Below, one piece after another: positions 48,653 to 57,231 of a stretch of DNA of 64,000 bases. The notes beneath the pieces are model-generated. The model saw only the letters and a program-made list of their open reading frames with translations. It searched no databases and was not told the origin of the DNA. The DNA lies in the IMG/VR virus record IMGVR_UViG_3300049137_000091, positions 25,469 through 89,468 of that record; one strand, 5' to 3'. The stretch's first letter is position 1. Every line of letters starts with the position of its first letter. The translations under genes and the position numbers were made by a program. This stretch comes from a virus (taxonomy: Duplodnaviria > Caudoviricetes).

Positions 48653-49441
48653 ATGACACAGATCACCGCCGTTACCAACCAGAAGGGCGGTGTCGGCAAG
48701 ACGGCCGTGACCATCGGCACCGCCGGGGCGCTCGCCGAGGCCGGCCGCAACGTCCTTGTGGTGGACTTCGATCCGCAGGGCCACCTCACCAGCGGACTGA
48801 AGATCCCGCAGGCACCGCCCGGGGAGGGCGCGGCCAACCTCTACCGCGCGCTCATCGGCGACTTCACCGGATCGGTCGCCGACCTGATCGTGCAGCACAC
48901 CCAGCCGGCCGGCCGGCTCGACGTGCTGCCCAACACGATCGAGATGTTCATGGCCGTGCGCGAGCTGGACAAGCAGCGCGCCAGGGAACACCGCCTGGCC
49001 AAGCTGCTCGCCCCGGCACGCGACGTCTACGACCACGTACTCATCGACGCCCCGCCGTCGCTGGACATCCTCACCGACAATGCGCTGACCGCCGCCGACG
49101 GCGTGCTCATCCCCGTGCAGGCCGAAGACTCCTCGCTCAACGCGCTCAGCCTCCTGCTGCCTCAGATCGCCTCCGTGGACGCCGACCTGCGCGAGACGCC
49201 GCTGACCCTTCACGGCCTCGTGGTCAACCTGCTGCGCCGGCCGGTCACCAAGCTCGCCGAGTCGGTGCTGGACCAACTCAAGGCGCTGGACGGCCTGCCG
49301 ATCCTGGCGACCGTCCCGCAGGCGGTCATAGTGACGGAAGCGTGGCGGTACGGGCAGACGCCGGTCCAGTACCTGCCGGAGTCCGAGCACGCCGAAGCCT
49401 TCCGCAGCATCGCCCGCGTCCTGGACGGGGCGGCCCGATGA
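48653..49441 (+). CDS. parA: ParA/Soj partition ATPase
   Basis: NQKGGVGKT, VVDFDPQGH, LIDAPPSL. Confidence 0.92.
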   Translation: MTQITAVTNQKGGVGKTAVTIGTAGALAEAGRNVLVVDFDPQGHLTSGLKIPQAPPGEGAANLYRALIGDFTGSVADLIVQHTQPAGRLDVLPNTIEMFMAVRELDKQRAREHRLAKLLAPARDVYDHVLIDAPPSLDILTDNALTAADGVLIPVQAEDSSLNALSLLLPQIASVDADLRETPLTLHGLVVNLLRRPVTKLAESVLDQLKALDGLPILATVPQAVIVTEAWRYGQTPVQYLPESEHAEAFRSIARVLDGAAR

Positions 49442-50265
49442 GCCCGAAGGAACTCCCGGCGCCCACCGCCGGCGGTGACCTGACGACCCTTCTGCGCGCC
49501 CGGCACAGCCAGGCCACGGAGAAGAAGGCGCCGGCCGTCACCGACCCGTTCGCCCCGGACCCGGTGGACCCGGCCGCCGTCACCGGCACCGACGAGGAAC
49601 GCCTGACGGTGTTCGAGGCAGCGATGCAGGCGGCGCAGGACCGCGCCGAGTCCTCGCTGAAGGCGGCCCGCGCCCGGTTCGTCGTGGAGGCAGGCACCGC
49701 GCTGCGCGCCATCCGCGACGACGACCTGTACTTGCTGCGCAACGCTTCCTTCGAGGAGTACGTTGTCCAGCGCTGGCAGATGGACCGTACCCGGGCGTAT
49801 CAGCTCATCGACGCGGCGCCGACGATGACCGTCTTGTCGAAAATTTTCGACACGGCCCCTGTCGAGTCCCACGCCCGTGTGCTGGCCCCGGTCCTGGCCG
49901 AACACGGCGAGCAAGCCGTGCGCGAAGTGGTGGCTGCCGCCCGGCAAGAGGGCAAGCTGACGGCCGCCGCGATGAAGGACACGGCCAAGCGGTTGAACTA
50001 CATCGCCGTGCCCGCGCCCGAGCAGGCCGTCCCGACGCAGCCGGCCAGCGGGGAGCCCCAGGTGGCCGACACCCCGGGGGCGGCCCGCGCGGCGATCCGC
50101 ATGGAGCAGGGGATGACCGCGTTGCGCGCCGCGCACAAGGCTCTGCGCGGCAAGGTCATCCCGGACATGCTGGCCGCCGATCCGCAGCGCGGCGCCGAGA
50201 TGTCTGCGCAGGTTGCCGATCTCGCGCGCAAGATCGAACGGCTGGCCACGCCGAAGCAGCCGTGA
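49438..50265 (+). CDS. ParA partner, ParB-like DNA-binding protein
   Basis: ATGA overlap with parA; 275 aa; ALRAIRDDDLY...FEEYVVQRWQMDRTRAYQLIDAA HTH-like segment. Confidence 0.6.
   Translation: MSPKELPAPTAGGDLTTLLRARHSQATEKKAPAVTDPFAPDPVDPAAVTGTDEERLTVFEAAMQAAQDRAESSLKAARARFVVEAGTALRAIRDDDLYLLRNASFEEYVVQRWQMDRTRAYQLIDAAPTMTVLSKIFDTAPVESHARVLAPVLAEHGEQAVREVVAAARQEGKLTAAAMKDTAKRLNYIAVPAPEQAVPTQPASGEPQVADTPGAARAAIRMEQGMTALRAAHKALRGKVIPDMLAADPQRGAEMSAQVADLARKIERLATPKQP
49835..49852. promoter_or_regulatory. perfect 18-bp palindrome, parS-like
   Basis: TGTCGAAAATTTTCGACA inside the ParB-like gene. Confidence 0.65.
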
Positions 50266-50323
50266 ACGCGGCGAAGCCCCGGACCGTGGTGGTGGTCCGG
50301 GGCTTCGCCGCGCGGTGGGCCGG

Positions 50324-50767
50324 TCAGTCGCCGGCGGCGACCAGGGACGCCACGAAGATCCAGCCCTTGTGCCAGGACTGATCCATCAGGTACCCGGCCG
50401 TCGGGTCGTTGCGCAGCCAGCCGGACTTGCCGAGCGTGTCGGACGCGAAGCGGACGACGCCGCGCGGGTGCTCGTCCCGCCAGTGCCCGCCCTGCCGGTC
50501 AGCGACGTAGTGCGTCACCGCCGACACGGCGAGTCCGGCGGCGGCCCGGCGCCAGGACAGCCGCGTGCCGGTGACGCGCTGCACGGCGGCCAGGGCGAGC
50601 GCCTGTGTGGCCGCGTAGGTGGCGACGTGCGCCGCGCAGGCCCGCGCGCCCTCCGGCCCCGGACGGCCCTTGGCGACGGCCTGGCCGTCCGACTGGACCC
50701 AGTGGTCAGCTACCTCGTGCGAGGCCGTCAGCGCGGCGTACACGGCCGCGAAACGGGCGGTGTTCAT
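50324..50767 (-). CDS. DUF3307-like membrane protein
   Basis: HEVADHWVQ...HVATY...THYVADR...DQSWH. Confidence 0.7.
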   Translation of the reverse strand: MNTARFAAVYAALTASHEVADHWVQSDGQAVAKGRPGPEGARACAAHVATYAATQALALAAVQRVTGTRLSWRRAAAGLAVSAVTHYVADRQGGHWRDEHPRGVVRFASDTLGKSGWLRNDPTAGYLMDQSWHKGWIFVASLVAAGD

Positions 50768-51318
50768 GCCTCGTCCTCCAGTCGGGCCCACGGGCCGTAG
50801 AGCACCGAGCCGTCCGGCCAGGTGCGCACGGTGCGCTGCTCCGCATAGGGCCGGGGCTCGGGGAAGTGGCGGGCGTACGTGACGACCATGTCCCGGGCAG
50901 CCTCCTCGGTGGCGATCGGGGCCCACGTCTTCTCGTCCCGCGCCACCCGGTACTCCATGGACCCGACGGGCACCCCGTCCGGGACGGACGACACCAAGAC
51001 GGGCTCGCCGTCCTCGGCCAGCCGGCCGGCGGCGAGCCACTGCACGTAGCGCAGCAGGATCGTGTCCTCCGACTCGTCCCCGTCCCACCGGTCCGGGTCG
51101 GTCATGGTGGCCATGATCCCGTCCCGCAGGTCCCGGTACGCCCGTGCGTACAGCACGAGAACGGACGGGTTGAGGTCGTCACCCAGGATCTCGGCGCGGA
51201 CCGCGTTGCGGGCCTCGGCGATGCAGTCGTCCAGCTTCAGCCGGAACTCGTCCAACGTGCCGAACACGTCGGCCGTGGACCGGCCGTACGTGTCGATCAG
51301 CTCTCGGTATGCGGTCAT
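50764..51318 (-). CDS. hypothetical protein
   Basis: 184 aa; leader CCGACCGAAGGAAGCGAGGAAGCATG. Confidence 0.65.
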   Translation of the reverse strand: MTAYRELIDTYGRSTADVFGTLDEFRLKLDDCIAEARNAVRAEILGDDLNPSVLVLYARAYRDLRDGIMATMTDPDRWDGDESEDTILLRYVQWLAAGRLAEDGEPVLVSSVPDGVPVGSMEYRVARDEKTWAPIATEEAARDMVVTYARHFPEPRPYAEQRTVRTWPDGSVLYGPWARLEDEA

Positions 51319-51352
51319 GCTTCCTCGCTTCCTTCGGTCGGTGGTCTTCGAG

Positions 51353-51449
51353 TGGGCCTGTCCGGAGTCGAACCGGAGTCTTCCGGAGCGCGCGGGAACC
51401 GACCAAGGTCGCGCGCTCTACGGTGCACTGCCTTCTGTGCTACAAGCCC
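51353..51449 (-). ncRNA. tRNA-like RNA with an expanded, non-canonical anticodon arm
   Basis: GGGCUUG/CAGGCCC-A acceptor stem, U8A9, D arm GCAC-AGAAGGCA-GUGC, variable loop AAGAC, T arm UCCGG-UUCGACU-CCGGA; anticodon arm = CCG/CGG + UA bulge + GAGCGCGCG/CGCGCGCUC + 15-nt loop; 97 nt; no encoded CCA. Confidence 0.85.
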
Positions 51450-51491
51450 CTGTTGCCGGGATCGCGGCTCCCGGCCGGCCGTCGTGCGGTT

Positions 51492-51617
51492 CTACACCTG
51501 ACGGCCCGTGCCGTCGCAGTCGGGACACGTCCCGCCCCCGCTGCACTCCTCGCATCCGTCCCCGTCGCATTCGGTGCAGGTGCCGTCGATGCAGTTGGGG
51601 CACTGGTCGTCGTTCAT
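51492..51617 (-). CDS. 41-aa Cys-rich CxxCxGxG (DnaJ-like) Zn-finger peptide (not in the ORF track)
   Basis: MNDDQCPNCIDGTCTECDGDGCEECSGGGTCPDCDGTGRQV. Confidence 0.65.
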   Translation of the reverse strand: MNDDQCPNCIDGTCTECDGDGCEECSGGGTCPDCDGTGRQV

Positions 51618-51626
51618 GACCCGGCC

Positions 51627-52334
51627 CTACGCGACCGGGCGGCGGGCGAGGAACGACGCCGCGTTGTGGGCCGTGAACATCCCGCGCGACAGGCCGTCCG
51701 GGTTGATCGCCGACCACACGCCGCACGGCTCGCCGGTGACAGCGTGCATCTCGGGCCGTAGCGTCCAACGGATACCGTTGGCCTCCACGGTCACCGTGCC
51801 GTCCGCCTCGGCGCCGACGACGTCCAGGCCCCGCGACCGAAGGGTGGCGATCAGCGGCCGGGCCAGTTCGGGGACCGCCGCCGGGTCCGCCAGCTTGGAG
51901 CCGGCGGACTGGTCCACGAGGAACCGAGCCTTGACCGGCTCCGTCCCGACGACGCGGTGCCGGGTCTCCGGCTCCTGCGCGGCGACGGCCGCCGGTTCGG
52001 CCTCGGGCATGTCCTCGTCCTCGCACTCGGAGCACCGCGTGTAGTCGTCGCCGAACTGGCCGGCGGCCAGTTCGGTGGCCCAGCGCTCACCGCAGACCTC
52101 GCAGCGCTGCGGGGCGTGCACGGTCTCCCCGGTAGCCCGGTCGATGATGCTCGTCTCGACCGCGAGCCCGCGCTGGTTGGCGGCGCGCAGCGTCTCGTAC
52201 AGGCTTTCCTCTGCCGCGCCGATGGTCCAGTGCGACGACCGGGTCGGCTTGCCGCCGTCCCAGGTGCGCAGGACGCTGTACGGCATCGTCTGGCCCTTGC
52301 TGTGTCCGCCGCCCTTGCCCCGGGTTTCGCTCAT
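51627..52334 (-). CDS. hypothetical protein with central CxxC motif
   Basis: 235 aa; leader GAGGAACCGACCATG. Confidence 0.65.
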   Translation of the reverse strand: MSETRGKGGGHSKGQTMPYSVLRTWDGGKPTRSSHWTIGAAEESLYETLRAANQRGLAVETSIIDRATGETVHAPQRCEVCGERWATELAAGQFGDDYTRCSECEDEDMPEAEPAAVAAQEPETRHRVVGTEPVKARFLVDQSAGSKLADPAAVPELARPLIATLRSRGLDVVGAEADGTVTVEANGIRWTLRPEMHAVTGEPCGVWSAINPDGLSRGMFTAHNAASFLARRPVA

Positions 52335-52367
52335 GGTCGGTTCCTCGTTCCGTAGTCCGTCGGGCTG

Positions 52368-52404
52368 ATGATTTAAGTAAATCAGATGGTGCCGCAGGGC
52401 GCAA
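52368..52404 (-). promoter_or_regulatory. conserved phage promoter/operator, copy 8 (variant)
   Basis: TTGCGC-N17-TTTACT; CTGATTTACTTAAATCAT. Confidence 0.7.
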
Positions 52405-52609
52405 CCCCGGACGCCGAGTCGCTGCGCCGGCCGCGCAGACCGAGGTAGAGCCCACGGTCCAGCCCGGCGCCGTAGGCCCGGCGGACGACGGTCAACGCGA
52501 TGTCGGCCGGTATGCCCAGTGCGCGCAGATCGGCGGCGGCGGCGTCGGTCGCGGCCTGCGCGGCGGCGAAGCCCGGGTCGGTGATGCGGTCCTGCACTGC
52601 GGTCCCCAT
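52382..52609 (-). CDS. hypothetical protein
   Basis: 75 aa with strong GGGGAGGAA RBS; 3' end overlaps promoter copy 8. Confidence 0.5.
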   Translation of the reverse strand: MGTAVQDRITDPGFAAAQAATDAAAADLRALGIPADIALTVVRRAYGAGLDRGLYLGLRGRRSDSASGVAPCGTI

Positions 52610-52700
52610 GATCGGTGTTCCTCCCCTTCAGCCCCGGCCGCCGGGATCATACGGCGGCCGGGGGTTTTCCGTGGTCTGCGATTCCGTGGTCAGGCGGTGC

Positions 52701-53270
52701 TCAGCGGGTGCGATCGGTGATGTCCACCCACCCGGCGAAGCCCTTGTCCCAGTCGGCGGCGGTGCGCGTGTCGGGGGTCCAGATCCACTCCCCGTCGCCC
52801 GCTCGCAGTCGGCCGTGCTCGCCCACCGCCAGGAGTTCTCCCGTCCCCGGGTGCTGCGTAACGGACCGGCACCGGAAACGGAACATCTCCGGGGTGTCGG
52901 GCCCGCCCCGGCGGACCGAGTATGTGCGGCCGGGTTGGAAGAATCCCTGCTTTGACGCCGGGCGCCCGGCCCGCTCGATGGCGTCGTCCAGCCGGGCCGC
53001 CGCGTCGGGCGCGACGCCTTCGAACGTCAGCGCCTCGAAGATGGCCAGGGCCATCCGGCGGGACATGTACGTGACCGAGCCCCGGTGCATGTCGCCGGCG
53101 GCCCGCCGGACGGCGTCCCAGTCGAAGCCGGCACCGCCCTCGCTCGCGGGCGCGTAGTTGCGCAGGTCGGTCCCGGCCTCGCGCAGCACCCGCGCGTAGC
53201 GGCTGACGGCGTCCCGGATGCAGGCGGCCTCGGTGTTGCTGCGGCAGACGAACGTGACGGTCAGGTTCAT
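52701..53270 (-). CDS. hypothetical protein
   Basis: 189 aa; leader GACCAAGGAACCCATG. Confidence 0.6.
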   Translation of the reverse strand: MNLTVTFVCRSNTEAACIRDAVSRYARVLREAGTDLRNYAPASEGGAGFDWDAVRRAAGDMHRGSVTYMSRRMALAIFEALTFEGVAPDAAARLDDAIERAGRPASKQGFFQPGRTYSVRRGGPDTPEMFRFRCRSVTQHPGTGELLAVGEHGRLRAGDGEWIWTPDTRTAADWDKGFAGWVDITDRTR

Positions 53271-53338
53271 GGGTTCCTTGGTCCTCTCGTGCGGCTGCGG
53301 ACCCGGGCATCGTGCACCGGGTCCGCCGGATCGCCGAA

Positions 53339-53941
53339 TCAGCGGTTGAAGTGCTGCGCGACGGCGAGGCGAAGCTGTTCCATCGCCTCGGCCTTGTTGG
53401 GCACCTGGTCGGCGTACTCCAGGCCCCGGCGGACGACCCAGCCGGAGAAGCTGGCGCCCTCCGTCTGGCGGAACAGGGTCGCCTCGGCGACGGGCTGCAC
53501 GCCGGCGTCGTCCACCAGACCGGAGTTCATCCACGCGTCCAGCGCGGCCTTGGGGTCGCGGGCCAGCTTCGGGTCGGCGATGAACACGGCGGTCACCTGG
53601 CCGCGCTCGTGCACGTACTGGATGTTCTCCTCGGTGAACTCCCGACGGCGAGGTTCGTCGGTTACCAGCCGGCGCACCGAACGGCCGTACCAGTCGGCCA
53701 GACGCAGGACAGCGGTCCGGCCCAGTTCGCGGGACTTGCCGCCCGAGAAGACGTTTTCGGCGAACGGGTTGGACCCCACGACCTTGACGGTGACGGTCTT
53801 GGCCGTGACCTTGGTGACCGTCCCGGTGCGCTCGATGAAGTCGCCGCTGCCGCCGAACCCGTTGTCCCGGGTCGTGAAGAGAAGGGTGTCGCCCTCGGCA
53901 ATGTCGGCGAAGTCCACGGGGGTCCAGGTCTGCTCGGTCAC
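53339..53941 (-). CDS. hypothetical protein
   Basis: about 200 aa; GTG start after CCGACCAAGGAG. Confidence 0.65.
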   Translation of the reverse strand: MTEQTWTPVDFADIAEGDTLLFTTRDNGFGGSGDFIERTGTVTKVTAKTVTVKVVGSNPFAENVFSGGKSRELGRTAVLRLADWYGRSVRRLVTDEPRRREFTEENIQYVHERGQVTAVFIADPKLARDPKAALDAWMNSGLVDDAGVQPVAEATLFRQTEGASFSGWVVRRGLEYADQVPNKAEAMEQLRLAVAQHFNR

Positions 53942-53968
53942 GGTCAGCTCCTTGGTCGGCACCTGTTG

Positions 53969-54006
53969 ATGAATTAATTAAACCATAGTCTCGGCAACGC
54001 GCGCAA
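53969..54006 (-). promoter_or_regulatory. conserved phage promoter/operator, copy 9
   Basis: TTGCGC-N18-TTTAAT. Confidence 0.8.
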
Positions 54007-54079
54007 CCCCGGATGTCGGGCCGGCCAGGAAATGCCGAGGCCCCGGACCAGCGTGGTCCGGGGCCTCGGATGGGGTGCG

Positions 54080-54301
54080 TCAGTTTTCGTCCGCCTCTTC
54101 GTCGTCCTCGTCGGCGCACTCCTCGCAGCCGTCCTTGGGCTGCTCCTCGTGGTCGGGGCACATCTCCTTGACGGCCAGGTCGCCGGCGTCCTCGCCTTCG
54201 GCGACCAGCTTGGCCCGCCGCTCCTCGCCCTCGGCGACGGAGTACAGGCCGGACTCGATGCAGCCGCCGGCCGCTTCGCTGAAGATTCCGTATTCGGTCA
54301 T
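54080..54301 (-). CDS. small acidic protein
   Basis: 73 aa; CPDHEEQPKDGCEEC; GAGGAG RBS. Confidence 0.65.
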   Translation of the reverse strand: MTEYGIFSEAAGGCIESGLYSVAEGEERRAKLVAEGEDAGDLAVKEMCPDHEEQPKDGCEECADEDDEEADEN

Positions 54302-54391
54302 GGTCGGCTCCTCGTGGTCGGTTCCTGTCCCGGACGCCGGCCGGAGGCTTCCCCGCTGCTGCGCGGTCCTGGCCGCCCGGCCGGCGCCCTG

Positions 54392-54429
54392 ATGAATTAA
54401 TTAAACCATAGACTCGGCGGCGCACACAA
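54392..54429 (-). promoter_or_regulatory. conserved phage promoter/operator, copy 10
   Basis: TTGTGT-N18-TTTAAT. Confidence 0.8.
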
Positions 54430-54485
54430 CCCCGGAAACGACGAAGCCCCGGACCGGTGTGGTCCGGGGCTTCGGGACGGTGCGG

Positions 54486-55043
54486 TCAGGTCCGCCGGCG
54501 GGCCAGACGCTCCCGGCCGGCCTCCGTGATGACGATGCGCCTGGCCATGAAATCGCCGGGGATGATCCGCGCGTATCCGGCGTCGACGAGGGCGTGGAAC
54601 GTCGTCTCCCGGGCGCCGAAACCGTCGCGGGACCCAAGACGCCAGATGCCCCGTGGGAAGCCGCTGTGGGGCAGCACAGGCCCGTCGAACCGGGCCAGGG
54701 CGGCCAGTGCACGCAGGGCCGAAGGGGACTCCGCGTTCGGCTTCGTGCGAGGCCGCGTCTTCTGCGCCTCCCGCTGCTCCAGCTCGGCCACGTACCGCCG
54801 GCCGGCCTTGGTGACCTTCACGGGCGCCGCATCGTTGCCGCCGTCGTCCACCAGGTCGGCCGCGTACAACGGCCAGAAGCTGGAGCGGTTGTAGACCGCC
54901 CGCGAGCCGTCCCACTGGTAGCGACCCCGGGACAGGTACTGCACACGCACACCGTCGCCGTTATCGCACCTAGCCAGGTCGCGCAGCAGCCGCTCGGACG
55001 CCGGCCGCACGGTCTTTTCCTCGTCGCTGAAGTAGCGGGCCAT
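54486..55043 (-). CDS. hypothetical protein with two wHTH-like repeats
   Basis: 185 aa; LYAADLVD...VKVTKAGR and ALVDAGYAR...IVITEAGR; GGAGG RBS. Confidence 0.55.
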   Translation of the reverse strand: MARYFSDEEKTVRPASERLLRDLARCDNGDGVRVQYLSRGRYQWDGSRAVYNRSSFWPLYAADLVDDGGNDAAPVKVTKAGRRYVAELEQREAQKTRPRTKPNAESPSALRALAALARFDGPVLPHSGFPRGIWRLGSRDGFGARETTFHALVDAGYARIIPGDFMARRIVITEAGRERLARRRT

Positions 55044-55480
55044 CAAGACACCTCCAGCGCGGCCAGGGCCGCCCGCTGGTCGAGCAGGACCGGGCGCGCC
55101 TTGCTGCCCTCGGCCGGGCCGACGATTCCGGCGTCCTCCATCCGGTTGAGCAGGGCGAGCGCTCCGCCGAACGTGACCACGATGCCGTGATCCTGACGCA
55201 GCCGACGACACAGCATCGACGGCGACCCCATCCGGGTCTCGGCGACCAGGGCGACGGCGTGCCGCAGAAGCGCGGCGTCGTCCGGGTGCGCCGCCGTCTC
55301 GTGCTGGGCGATGACCGCCCGCACGTCGGCCAGGGACGGGAAAAGGAAGTCGAAGACGTGCACGGGGCTGCCCTCTTCCCCTTCGGAGCAGTTGGCGCAC
55401 AGCACGGCGACGGTCGCGACGCCGTGCAGGCTGTCGGCGGCGAAGCGGTACCGCTCCGGGTCCTTCACGGTGATAGTCAT
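55043..55480 (-). CDS. small protein with C-terminal FtsK gamma domain
   Basis: LLRHAVALVAETRMGSPSMLCRRLR...ALLNRMEDAGIVGPAEGSKARPVL. Confidence 0.75.
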   Translation of the reverse strand: MTITVKDPERYRFAADSLHGVATVAVLCANCSEGEEGSPVHVFDFLFPSLADVRAVIAQHETAAHPDDAALLRHAVALVAETRMGSPSMLCRRLRQDHGIVVTFGGALALLNRMEDAGIVGPAEGSKARPVLLDQRAALAALEVS

Positions 55481-55558
55481 GGACGTACCTTCCTGATTCC
55501 GTGGTCTCGTACCTAACGGGATGGAGCCCCGGACCCGCGCGGGTCCGGGGCTCCGGGG

Positions 55559-55894
55559 TCAGGCCGCGTCGGCGGCCCGCCGGTGGGTGCGGCCCTTGGT
55601 CACGTAGCCGTAACCCCCGATCGGGCCGGGGCGCCAGCCCTGGCGCTTCCACGCCTCGACGGTGCTCTGGTTGCAGCCGATGCGTCGGCCGATCTCGCGG
55701 GCGGTCAGGCCGGCGCCGTCCAGGAGCTGCGCGACGCGGGCCGACTCGGCGCGGGTGAGCGGCAGACCCGTCTCGCCGTTGGCGGCCCGCTCGACGGCGA
55801 TCAGGTCGATGTCGCCGTCCGGGTCGAAGGTGTCGGCGGTGAGGGAGTCCGGCATCAGGTACCTGTAGCCGGGGGTGCGGGTGGCGGTCAGCAT
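55559..55894 (-). CDS. HTH protein
   Basis: 111 aa; GLTAREIGRRIGCNQSTVEAWK. Confidence 0.65.
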   Translation of the reverse strand: MLTATRTPGYRYLMPDSLTADTFDPDGDIDLIAVERAANGETGLPLTRAESARVAQLLDGAGLTAREIGRRIGCNQSTVEAWKRQGWRPGPIGGYGYVTKGRTHRRAADAA

Positions 55895-56316
55895 CAGTCC
55901 GCCCTCTTCTTCGCGGAACGGAAGGTGAACCGGGTCCCGGCCTTCGACCCGAACCGGGCGTGCAGCCGGGCGGCGGCGTTGGCGCGGGCCTCCAGGACCG
56001 TCCGGGCGATGACCGGCACGGGCACGTTGATGCTGTTGTCCCGGTCGGTGAACACGGCGATCCACCGGCGGTAGGGCTCGCGGCGCGGGAACACGTCGCG
56101 GGGGAAGAACAGGCGGGACTCGCCGGACTCGGTGATGCAGCGCATCATGCCGCGCTCGGTGCGGAAGAACGTGGCGGGGAACGTCTCCTCGGCGCCCTCG
56201 TCGGTGATCTCGACGGTCACCGGCTGGCCGTAGGTGGCCTCGCCGAGCCGCAGATGAGCGAGATGCGGTGCCCGGCGCGGGCTGCGCGTCGGACGTTCGA
56301 TGGACAGGCTGGTCAT
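55894..56316 (-). CDS. hypothetical protein
   Basis: 140 aa; leader CCGACCAAGGAA. Confidence 0.6.
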   Translation of the reverse strand: MTSLSIERPTRSPRRAPHLAHLRLGEATYGQPVTVEITDEGAEETFPATFFRTERGMMRCITESGESRLFFPRDVFPRREPYRRWIAVFTDRDNSINVPVPVIARTVLEARANAAARLHARFGSKAGTRFTFRSAKKRAD

Positions 56317-56360
56317 GGGTCCTCGATTCCTGGGTTCCTTGGTCGGCCGGTCACCCGGCC

Positions 56361-56397
56361 ATGAATTGATTAAATCATTGACGCGGGTCGGCTGCAA
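56361..56397 (-). promoter_or_regulatory. conserved phage promoter/operator, copy 11
   Basis: TTGCAG-N17-TTTAAT; ATGATTTAATCAATTCAT. Confidence 0.8.
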
Positions 56398-56409
56398 CCC
56401 CAAGCGGGG

Positions 56410-57204
56410 TCACGCCGACAGGTCGCCCATCCACACGCTGCGCCCGGTCTCGTTCAGCCGGCGCATGTCCTCACGGCAGCCGGGCCAGGCACACTCGAAC
56501 CGGCGCCAGAACTCCGGGCCGTGGGGCTTCCCGCCGGGGCGGGAGGCGTGCACCAGCTCGTGGGTCAGAACGTGCCGGATCATGTTGGGCGGGAGCTGGA
56601 ACGTCTGCCAGGCGATACGGACTTCGTGGCGGCGTCCGTCGTAGGTGCCCCAGCGCCGCGCACCGATGTCGGCCGCGCGGATGACGGGCGCCTCGGCGGC
56701 CCCGCCCACCCTGGACCACATGCCGGTCGTGTTCTGCGCGAGCCAGGCCGCGCCCTCCTTCACGTACCAGTCGATGAAGGGCCGCGTCCCGAGCTTGGCG
56801 GCCTGCCGGTCCAGGTGCAGCCACCCGCCGTGCCCGTCGTTGACGAGCCGCAGCGGCACCGCAGCGTCGTCCACGAGACGTAGCCGGCGACTCCGCCCCA
56901 GCCACAGGAACCCCTCCCCGTTGACCAGTTCACGGGCCGAGGTGTCGGGCGCGTGCTCGCGGGCCTTCACCACCATGGCGACCAGCCGGTGGATGTTGCC
57001 CCGGAGCACTTTCAGCACGAAGTCGGGCCGGTCGGCCATGGACTCAGGCACCGCGACGGTGGCGCCCTCCTCGCCCGGGGTGATGGACATGCCGAACGTC
57101 TTGCGTCGAGCACTGACCCGCACTTGCGTGATGTAGGGCGCGAGACGGTCGTCGCCCTGGATGACGGCGAGCAGTTCGCCGGCCGCCGTGATGGTTTGAG
57201 TCAT
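56410..57204 (-). CDS. YgjP/DUF45 (M48-like) zinc metallo-hydrolase
   Basis: GEGFLWLGRSRRL, RRWGTY, VLTHELVH...HGPEFW. Confidence 0.8.
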   Translation of the reverse strand: MTQTITAAGELLAVIQGDDRLAPYITQVRVSARRKTFGMSITPGEEGATVAVPESMADRPDFVLKVLRGNIHRLVAMVVKAREHAPDTSARELVNGEGFLWLGRSRRLRLVDDAAVPLRLVNDGHGGWLHLDRQAAKLGTRPFIDWYVKEGAAWLAQNTTGMWSRVGGAAEAPVIRAADIGARRWGTYDGRRHEVRIAWQTFQLPPNMIRHVLTHELVHASRPGGKPHGPEFWRRFECAWPGCREDMRRLNETGRSVWMGDLSA

Positions 57205-57231
57205 GAGCGGTGTCCTCCGTAGTCGGTAGGG

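Noticed and set aside
51353-51449. Calling the element an ordinary decoding tRNA
   Set aside because: There is no 7-nt anticodon loop; the arm is an extended stem with a 15-nt loop, so no anticodon can be assigned.
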